Below are positions 9,981-18,794 of a stretch of 34,297 bases of DNA, in pieces (position 1 is the first letter of the stretch; each line of letters opens with the position of its first letter). This stretch comes from an uncultured Lentisphaerales bacterium (GTDB taxonomy: Bacteria; Verrucomicrobiota; Lentisphaeria; JABSQK01; UBA12247). The notes beneath the pieces were generated by a model that was given only the letters and a program-made list of their open reading frames with translations, was not told the DNA's origin and made no database searches. The position numbers and the translations under genes were made by a program. The DNA lies in contig CALSSJ010000045.1 of assembly GCA_943788985.1 (NCBI GenBank), positions 1 through 34,297 on the forward strand, read 5' to 3'.

Positions 9981-10478
9981 GCGGGCGTTGGCTCGAGCTA
10001 TGTCTGGGCGCTGAAGCCTGGCGATACGGTGGCGGCGGTCGGGCTCTTTGGTGATTTTCTGGTGCGCGACACCGAGGCCGAGATGGTGTACCTGGGAGGC
10101 GGTGCCGGAATGGCCCCACTTCGCGCGCATCTTGAGCATCTCCTATAGGCGCTGGAGACGAAGCGGACCGGTAGTTTTTGGTATGGTGCGCGTTCGCGAC
10201 AGGAGCTGTTACATGTGGACTACTTTGAGGAGCTGGCGCAGAGGTATTAGAACTTTTCGTTTCAGCTGACCTTGTCTGAGCCGTTAGACAGCGATGACTG
10301 GCAGGGGCACACGGGGTATATCCATGATGTGTTGCGTCGCGAGTACTTGGCTGCGCATCCTGAACCCGCGACTGTTGAGTATTATCTGTGTGGGCCACAG
10401 CCGATGATTTATGCCGCGCGCTGCATGCTCAATGAGCTGGGCGTTGGCTCAAACCAGATCGCGTTCGACGAGTTCTGA
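9981..10478 (+). pseudogene. nqrF: C-terminal fragment of Na+-translocating NADH:quinone reductase subunit F
   Basis: One frame reads [11 protein letters not shown]...[12 protein letters not shown]...FWYGARS...GYIHDV...YYLCGPQPM...AFDEF with in-frame TAG at 10146 and 10248. The N-terminal 2Fe-2S half is absent. Confidence 0.85.
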
Positions 10479-10505
10479 GCGCGAGGGAAGGGGGGACGCG
10501 AAGGA

Positions 10506-10531
10506 AAAGGATCGACTCGAGTCGATCCTTT
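10506..10531. terminator. Perfect 26-bp palindrome, probable terminator hairpin
   Basis: AAAGGATCGACTCGAGTCGATCCTTT is its own reverse complement and lies 27 nt after the nqrF remnant stop. Confidence 0.55.
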
Positions 10532-10683
10532 CTTGGCCATTCAATGGCTAGCCGGCAGGGACTGCGAACGGGCTCCGCTGTTCCCCAAGATGGCGCTACT
10601 TTGAATCGCTCTAATGGTGGCAGTGAGATCTCAGCAGGGTAGGGTAACATCTTTGGAACAGAACGGAACTAGCAGGAAGAACT

Positions 10684-12559
10684 GTGAAGCGTTATCTGGT
10701 AGTGTCTTTCGTGGTGGCGGCCGTGGCTTGTGGGCAGGGAACTGTCGGATCGTGGGATCTGGCTGCGCTGTATGAGACGCCGAAGTGGGAGCAGACAGAG
10801 CTTGCTGCGAAAGCTGGGATGACGGGCATTTTGTACGAGGGGTTGGTCTATGAGGGGAAGCCCGCGCAGGTTTTTGCCTATTATAGCGCGCCTGCCGGGG
10901 AGGCACCGGAAGACGGCTGGCCCGCGATTGTTTGCGTGCACGGCGGAGGCGGGACTGCTTTCGAGAAGTGGGTGAGACTTTGGAATAAGCATGGCTACGC
11001 AGCCATTTCTATGGACCTGGAAGGCCATCTGCCATTGAAGACAAAGGGCGGTAAAGGGCGCCAGCTCACGCCTACGCCGGGGCCTTCACGTCTCGGAGTC
11101 TTTGCCAAGGTCGAACGACCGTTGGCGCAGCAATGGTATTTTCATGCGGTAGCCCAAATCATTGCTGGGCATTCTTTAATTCGCTCGTTTCCGGAGGTTA
11201 ACGCCGAGCAGACCGTAGTTCATGGGATCAGCTGGGGTGGTACTCTGACGAGCACTGTGATGGGGGTGGATACTCGCTTTAAGTGCGCGATCCCAGTATA
11301 TGGCTGTGGCTTCTTGAGTGACTCAGACGGGCACCAGGGGCGGGCGATTGCGGACGGCGCGCACGCGGATTTTGTAAACGAGCACTACGACGGCTCTGGC
11401 TACTTCGAGAATGTGACCTACCCGACTTTCTGGGTGAACGGCACGAACGATTTTCACTTTTCTATGCCAGCTACGCAGGCCTCAGCCCGGGCGGTGCAAG
11501 GGCCAGCCACGCTGCGCTTTGGCCTGAGGATGAAGCACGGTCATCTGTTTGATGTGGCGGAATACTTTGCCTTTGCCGACAGTGTACTTAAGGACGGAGA
11601 GCCCCTGCTGGAGCTGGGCAAGCCGCAGGCGAACGGGAACGCGGCATCCGTGACCAGCGATTTACTGGGGCAGATCAAGGGGGCAAGATTGTTGTACACG
11701 CTGGATGATGACATCCCCTGGCCGGATAAAGAATGGCAGGCAACACCTGCGACTGTGGACGGCTCCGAGATCAGCGCTGAGCTGCTGCCGGGAACGGTGG
11801 CATTCTTCTTTGAAGCGACTGACAAACGCGGCTTGTTGGTAAGTTCCGAGTACCTGGAGCATGAGGTGCCCGGGGGCAAGAAGCCTGCGCGAGCAGTTGG
11901 TGAAACACTCGACTTTGCGGCGTTGTTTGACGCGGCAGCCGCTGAGGGCGCTGGCACCAAGGTGATCATCGCCGACGACTTCGAAGAGGGAATCAGCGCG
12001 GCGGTCATTGGGATTCTGGAGGTGGACGACGCGGCAGGAAAGGCTGGGATTTCGCACTGCTACGATGAGGTGGCAGCTGGCGGCAAGTCCCTTCAAATCA
12101 CGAATTCAAGGACAGTGAAGCATAGGCACCAGCCGTGCTTGAGCCAATGGTTCAAGGGGGCAGACGTGATCCGCAGCGGGACGGTGGAGGTCTCGTTCGA
12201 CGTGTGGGTGCCGAAGGCGGGCGGCCATCCACTGTCAGTTTTGGTGCGGGACTACACGACCAAGCCATCTCAGGAATCGCTGAATGCTGCCTGCACGTTC
12301 CAGGGAGTGAGAGTCAACGGCAAGAGTATGGCAGTGGCAAACGATGAATGGGTGCACTACGCAATGGCTCTACCAGTCGGGATACCTGATGCGAAGATTG
12401 CACTCACGGTGGTGGATACAAAGTTCGGCACGCGCAAGAGTGAGCACCCGATCGAGAGGCGGGACAGCTCAGGCAGTAAGCTGGGTGGGGCTTTGCCTTG
12501 GGGGGAAGTCTGACGCGACAATCTATCTCGATAATCTGGTGATCAAGGTGGTGGAGTAG
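10684..12559 (+). CDS. Secreted alpha/beta hydrolase (acetylxylan esterase/acylaminoacyl peptidase-like) with C-terminal beta-rich domain; frameshift near 12455
   Basis: VHGGGGTAF, nucleophile GISWGG, PVYGCG, NGTNDFHF. The natural C-terminus (AVSWVGLCLGGKSDATIYLDNLVIKVVE*) is in another frame and ends 2 nt before the GH29 ATG. Confidence 0.8.
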
Positions 12560-12561
12560 CC

Positions 12562-13983
12562 ATGGGCGCCACTCTTGAGGCTGAACGGGCTAGTGAATGG
12601 GCGAGGATGCACGCCACCAAGGCTCCCGCCCTAGCGGCATTTAATGAGGCTAAGTTTGGCATGTTTATCCACTGGGGGCTTTACTCGCTGCCCGGTGGTG
12701 TGTGGAAGGGCGAGCGGATGGAGGACGGCGGCGTCGGTCCCGGCGTGGCCGAGTGGGTTATGCGGCGAAAATCCATCCCGCGAGACGAGTATGCCCAGCT
12801 GGCCGAGGCCTTTAACCCCGTTGGCTTTGATGCAGATGAATGGGCGCAGCTTGCTGCGGATGCTGGGATGCGCTACATGGTCATCACCACGAAACATCAC
12901 GATGGTTTTGCCTTGTTTGAGTCGAACGTGAGTGCTTACAACATCGTCGACGCCACGCCGTTCAAGCGTGATGTGGTGGCTGAACTGCATGGTGCCTGCG
13001 AGCGCACCGGGGTGCGCTTTGGGGCCTACTACTCGCACACGCTCGACTGGTATGACGGCGGAGATTATGGCCTGCAGTACGCAGAGAAAAATGGGGATGG
13101 GACGCCGACCTGCATTGTCAAGGCGGTCAATGATTGGGACCCGTCGCCTCGTACGTTTGATGACTATATGCAGAACAAGTCCGTAGCACAGGTCACAGAG
13201 CTTGCCCAGCGCTACCCGGACCTCTTTTTGGTCTGGTTTGATGGGGCTGGCCACATTCCGGCAGAGATTAGCCATGCGCTCTATGAGGCGATCTACGAGC
13301 ACGCCCCGCAGGCTCTGGTCAATTCGCGGATCAGCAAGGATGATCTTCCGGATAAAGTGTGCGACTACCAGAGTGCTGGCGACAATCACGTGCCCACTCC
13401 GGACGAGATTGAGAGCACCCACTGGGAAACCTGCGGGACGACGAATAACTCTTGGGGATTCAAGAGCTATGACCAGGACTGGAAATGCGCGCTTGAGGTC
13501 CTTTCGTGGTTGGTGGACGTGGTCAGCCGTGGCGGGAACTACCTACTGAATGTGGGGCCTGATGGCAACGGCAAGATCCCGGCTGCGTGCGTGGCGATTC
13601 TGCGGGACGTAGGCGCCTGGATGCGGGTGAACGGAGAGGCTATCTACGGCAGCCGGGCCTGGACCGTGTCGCGCGAAGGGCCGACTCAAGTCGCCCGTAC
13701 GGGGACCGGGAACCGGGCGCAAGCTGGTTTTTCGACGGCATTCACCGCGCAGGATTTCTGGTTCACCAGCAAAGGCAAGACGGTCTACGCGATCGGGCTG
13801 GCTCAGCCTGCGGATCGGCAGGTTCTGGTGCGTTCGCTGGCGGACGTTACGGTGGCTGCAGTCCGGATGTTGGGCAGCGAAGACGCGGTGGACTGGGAAC
13901 AAACTCCGGATGGCTTGCGGGTCCGCCTGCCTTCTTTTTTATCGAAACTTGGATACGCACTCGCAATTAAGGTCACAGCATGA
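12562..13983 (+). CDS. Alpha-L-fucosidase (GH29)
   Basis: AKFGMFIHWGLYS, TTKHHDGF, nucleophile WFDG, VSRGGNYLLNVGP, NGEAIYGSRAW. Confidence 0.95.
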   Translation: MGATLEAERASEWARMHATKAPALAAFNEAKFGMFIHWGLYSLPGGVWKGERMEDGGVGPGVAEWVMRRKSIPRDEYAQLAEAFNPVGFDADEWAQLAADAGMRYMVITTKHHDGFALFESNVSAYNIVDATPFKRDVVAELHGACERTGVRFGAYYSHTLDWYDGGDYGLQYAEKNGDGTPTCIVKAVNDWDPSPRTFDDYMQNKSVAQVTELAQRYPDLFLVWFDGAGHIPAEISHALYEAIYEHAPQALVNSRISKDDLPDKVCDYQSAGDNHVPTPDEIESTHWETCGTTNNSWGFKSYDQDWKCALEVLSWLVDVVSRGGNYLLNVGPDGNGKIPAACVAILRDVGAWMRVNGEAIYGSRAWTVSREGPTQVARTGTGNRAQAGFSTAFTAQDFWFTSKGKTVYAIGLAQPADRQVLVRSLADVTVAAVRMLGSEDAVDWEQTPDGLRVRLPSFLSKLGYALAIKVTA

Positions 13984-16491
13984 ACCAACGAATTCTTCTT
14001 CTTTCCTGTCTTTTCTCCCTGCTGAGTGCGGGCGTGGGCCTGGCCGACGCGCCGCGGCCAGAACGCGCCAACGTGATTCTGCTTTTGGCAGACGATCTGG
14101 GCTGGCAGGACGTAAAGTGCTACGACATTGATGAGCCCACGCCGATGGAAACCCCGCACTTGGATCGGCTGGCGACCAAGGGCGTGCAATTCTGGCAGGC
14201 CTACTCACCAGCGCCGGTTTGTGCGCCTAGTCGGGCCGCGATCCTGAGTGGGCTTCACCCGGCACGTGGGGAGATGACCAGCGTGGCTGGCGGCAGCCCG
14301 CCACACCCCCATCACCCCAGCCGTGCAGAGACGATCGCGCCCTGGTACAGCGCGCGCATGCCGGTTGCCACCTTTACCTTGGCCGAGGCGCTGAAGGCCG
14401 AGGGCTACGTGACCGGGCACAGTGGCAAGTGGCACATCTCGCAGCACCACTACGCCTATCCAAATCCGTTTCATCACGGCTTTGATCAGTCAACGCATCA
14501 TCGCGGTGTCCAGACCCCGATGAAGCCTGATCGCCTGACCGGCTTTGCCACCACGGCGAAGGATGACCCCTATCGCCTGGACAAGAATGGCTTCCCGTTC
14601 GACGTCCCCCAGGATGCGGCGATGACCTTCATTCAGGAGAATCAGGACCAACCCTTTTTCCTTTATTACGCTAGCTGGCTGGTTCACGCGCCCATCGTCA
14701 TGCGCAGCGAGGCGCTGTTGCAAAAGTACGAGAAGAAGCTGGGCGTGACTCTGACTGAGGAACACAAGAAGAACTGGAAGACGCCCGGGCAGACCAATCC
14801 CTTTTACTGCGCCATGGTCGAACAGCTTGACTACTACTTTGGCCAGATCTTTAGCTACCTGGAAACCACGGCTGATCCGCGTTGGCCTGGGCATATGCTC
14901 AGTGAAAACACGTACATCATTTTCACGTCGGACAACGGTGGAATGGAAGGCGGCGGCCACGAGATTTACACGGATAACTATCCGCTCGATCGCGGCAAGA
15001 TATCGACCAAGGAAGGCGGGGTCCGGGTTCCGCTTATTATCACCGGTCCGGGCATTCGCGCTGGTGTGCAATCCGATGTGGTGGTGAATGGCCTGGACTT
15101 TTATCCGACCATTCTGTCCTTGATTGGTGCGAGCGAGCCGGAGGGAAAGCACCTCGATGGCTGCGACCTGACGCCCTTGCTAAAAGAGAATCCCAAGGAT
15201 GCCAAGCTGGTGCGAGATGCTGCTGGCAAGGTCCGCGACACCTTGGTTTGGCACTTTCCGCAGATGGAGAATACGGCGAGTATTCGAGTTGGGGACTACA
15301 AGCTGATTCGCCGTTTCCATGACGACAGTCGTCAGCTGTATCGACTCTACAACACTGATGCCGGGAGTGTGCAGCGCGGCGATATCGAAGAGAAGCATGA
15401 CCTAGCTGCGGCGATGCCAGAGATGACGAAGCAGCTTGATGCCAAGTTGAGCGCTATGGTCAGCGAAATGGGGGGAAGAACGCCGTACTACAACCCGAAG
15501 TACTTCGGCGAGCTCCCGCACAAGGAGAAGGCCCCGACCGTGATTTCCTGCGAACAACGCGACCGCAGGGTGCACGTGCGCTTCAAAGACAATGGCGCCA
15601 AGATTGCCTTTGCAGACCTGTTGTACAGCCAAAACGGGGGAAATCGGATGGAGGAATGGCAGCGAGTGTCGGCCATTTCATTGACGGCGGGACGAGGCAG
15701 TGTTCGAGCTTCCCGGTTCAAACCAGCCATTACTTCGTAAATTTGATCGATGAGAATCACTTTCTGGTAGACTACCCGGAAATAGATGAGCCGAAGAGGC
15801 GTAAGGAGAGTACCCCCGTTCAGCGCCTATGCTCTTGCCGCCGGGTACCCGCAGCCGGGGCCCGGGAGCGCCGCTGGACCTGAACAAAGTCTTTGGCCAG
15901 CTTAACCAGGCTGACGCTAGCGTCCAGGTGCTGCTAAGCGAGAGCTTCGAAGACCCGACTGCTTTGGTCCTCAAGTCCAGCGGGGCGGGTGTTTCCGTGG
16001 TTGATACGATTGCCGCGACTGGAAGGCGTTGTCTGCACCTGCTGGACGAAGCAGGCCTGGAGCGCGAATGGATGCCGCTTGTCGATCAAGGGTTTGAGAT
16101 CCCTGCTGCCTGGGAGGCTGGAACCTTTCGGCTGGCCTTTGACTTGATGCTTGATCAGGAGGCCCCGGGCGTGCTCAGCGTCATGCTGCGCGACCAGAGG
16201 GAGAATGCGGCGGAGATCCTGGTAGGCAAGGGACTTACGGTGGATGGCCTGGCTGCGACAGCGATTGAGGCTGGCGTCTGGTACCACGTGGATTTTTCCT
16301 ACCGCTTTGGGGCAGCTGCCGACTGGATCCTCACTGTCACGGTTACGGCCGCGGATGGGCGCACGGCGAGCAGCGAGTTCCCGCTTGTGAATCGCGGGTT
16401 TCGGCGGGCGACTATGCTCGGATTGGCAGGACTTGGCGCGGTGGGCAGTCGGGTCTACATCGACAGTTTGGTGGTGCGCGTAGAGGAATGA
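13980..16491 (+). CDS. Formylglycine-dependent sulfatase (S1) with C-terminal accessory domains; frameshifts at ~15680-15870
   Basis: Signal peptide; LADDLGW, CAPSR (CxPxR), GKWH, TSDNGG, EGGVRVP. Continues through frames 15656..15883 and 15829..16491. Confidence 0.88.
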
Positions 16492-16500
16492 GCTGAATAT

Positions 16501-16592
16501 CCAACAGCCAACACGGAATTTCCAATTGCCAAATGAAGACTAAGGCACCTACGCCATGCCTTGGATATTGGATATTCCCTGTTGGCTGTTGG
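16501..16592. repeat. 32-bp imperfect inverted repeat with 7-nt periodicity (REP-like), between convergent genes
   Basis: ccaacagccaacacggaatttccaattgccaa (16501-16532) versus the reverse complement of 16561-16592, ccaacagccaacagggaatatccaatatccaa. Confidence 0.75.
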
Positions 16593-16606
16593 CGGTTGAA
16601 TACAAT

Positions 16607-18435
16607 TTAGAATTCCGCTTCAGCGATCGGCGGGGCTGGCGTGGTGCGCTGCACCACAACGACCCCAGCCTGATCTAGGATCACCTGCCAATTGCCCGTC
16701 GCACAGCGCGCGGCAACTTCTTGATCCACTTTCTCGGGCGGGCGGTGGCGAGCGCCGCGCTGAAAGACCAGGAAGTCGGTCTCGTGAGATGCGAACCGCG
16801 CTCGGCGCGCGTAGCGATGATTGACGAAGAGCAGCATGGTGCGTTCGTCCGCGGTTACGCTGGCCGACTTGGGCACCAAATCGCGGATTCGCTGAAAGAC
16901 CTCTGCAGATTCTGCAAGGGGAGCTAAGGGCCGCTTGTGCAGAACGGTGCGCCGCGCTACGGGATTGTTGCCCATGAACAGTCCGCAGACGAGGCAGCCA
17001 GCCACTAGGGCTATGGCATACCCGCGCCGCTGGCCGACAGGGAGATCGGTCATCGCGGCTACCGCTGCAATCCAGACGCAGCCAATACTAAGCGTGCTGT
17101 ATTGCAGCGCCATGCAAGTGGCGACCTCGTCCGTGCGGAGGACGTTAAACAGGACCGCAGGCCAGAGTGCCAGACACAGCCGGGGCCGGTGCCAGGCGAG
17201 CACAGCTACCGGGATCAATAGCTCCAAGAGATGATGCAAGGTCGTCCCGCGCATGAGCTGGTCCCACCAAACGCTCGGTCTCAGAAATGGCGACAGCAGA
17301 ATCTCGCCGGTGGTCCGGCCCAAGTGAGCCCAGAGGACCATGCCGCCACTCATCTGGCCACTCCCCTGGGGTATGAACACGCGAAACGCCAGGTAGACGT
17401 AGAGCAGACTCAGTACGCCGAGAACAGCACCGACGCGGCGCTTCCCCGCGGTAAGCACCCAGGCCGTTGCCAGGCCAAAGAAGTAGATGGCGATGTGCTC
17501 CTGCATTAGACAGGCGGCGAGCGCTGCTGGCACGCCCAAGCGCCATTGTTCCCGGTCAAGCCAATGCCAAGCGAGTACAAAGAAGGGCAGGGCGGCGGTC
17601 GGCGCATGAAAACCAAATGAATAGGCATATGGGCCCTGGCTGACGGCTGGGGAAACAAGAAATGCCGCGCACATGGCCGCACTGACGGGCCAGGACAGGC
17701 CGCGCTTTCTGCAGACCCAGGCTACGGCTAAGGCCGCGGCCACGAAACCCGCGGACTGGATTAGCATGAGTGCGACAGGCGATCGCCAGAGCCAGAGAAT
17801 TGGCGCGAGGACAAGTAGGCCTGGGCCAAAATGCTTTTCGTAGGGTGCCAGGTCCGAGTTGATCTGGTGAAAGCTGCCGCCGGAGAAGATGGTGGTGAGG
17901 CGGTCGTAGTAAATGCCAGTATCGGAGTAGCCGAGCGTGAATTGAAGATACATCAGCACTTGGTGCAGGAAGGTGCCGAGCAGAAAGACCAGAGCAACTG
18001 TACCTATTCCCAGCAGGCAGGTCCGCTTGCTCGGACGCCAGTTGCTGGCTCTGCCAAGCCGTAGCCAGGTAGCCGCCACGGCGAGGGTCAGTGCGTAGAC
18101 CGCCCAGTAGCGCACAGAAATCGGCAGAATCCACAAACAGAGAGACGCTGCGAGCATTCCGAATAGAAGCCGTTTGTCGTGGTGCCTGGTGTCTGGTGGG
18201 GAGGCCCGCTTTACCAGCGCTAGATGGAGGGCTACCACCAGGACCCAGAGCAGCCAGCGTGGCACTAAATTGTCCACGGACGTGTGCGTGGCGATATCGT
18301 AGTGGGAGCGATCCAGGCACGCGAGCGTGACGAGAAGCGCGAGATGTCCCAGGATCAGCGGGCCCCACTTGGAGGAAGACTTCAAGCGGCTCAGCCTCGC
18401 AGCAGGAATCTTTGGGGAAGGATGCGCGGGTGCAT
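16607..18435 (-). CDS. DUF2079 family integral membrane protein (putative GT-C glycosyltransferase); start uncertain
   Basis: Many TM helices; SDTGIY, HFGPGLLVLAPILWLWRSPVALMLIQ, FGFHAPTAALP, QYS. ATG at 18435 has an upstream GAGG but is out of frame; the open frame extends to 18574. Confidence 0.78.
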
Positions 18436-18794
18436 GCGGACCTCGCAAGGGATGAAATTGGGACGCTGAACCTACGCCGAGAACCTTGGAATGCCACGTC
18501 GGCGATTGGATGGAATGGCGGGAGGGATCGGACGAGTGCGCTGTTACCCAACGACCGTGCCCGGCTGCGGGCACACAACCTGCAGGCTACGGAGTGCGCC
18601 TCGAAAGAGGCCCTGGAAGGCCGGGTTTGTGGGCGCCATTGGTGGATTTGTGGCTGATTTGAATCAAGGAATTTCGAGTCAGTTTCCGGTTTGTAATTTC
18701 GGGTTGGGAGTTTTCAGGTACTGTAGGGGTTTGAGTAGGTTCCGCGTCGGAACGCCACGCACTATTGAGAGGTCATTTGCCATCCCGCCAATCC

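Noticed and set aside
10146..10250. TAG recoding or readthrough suggested by two in-frame TAGs in nqrF
   Set aside because: TAG ends apparently complete genes here (9863, 12557, 24023, 31054), and the nqrF fragment also lacks its N-half, so pseudogenisation is the simpler reading.
17556..18578. 340-aa alternative-frame ORF, and other long shadow ORFs such as 566..1291, 21656..22591 and 27718..28467
   Set aside because: They overlap well-supported genes and are expected by chance in GC-rich DNA.
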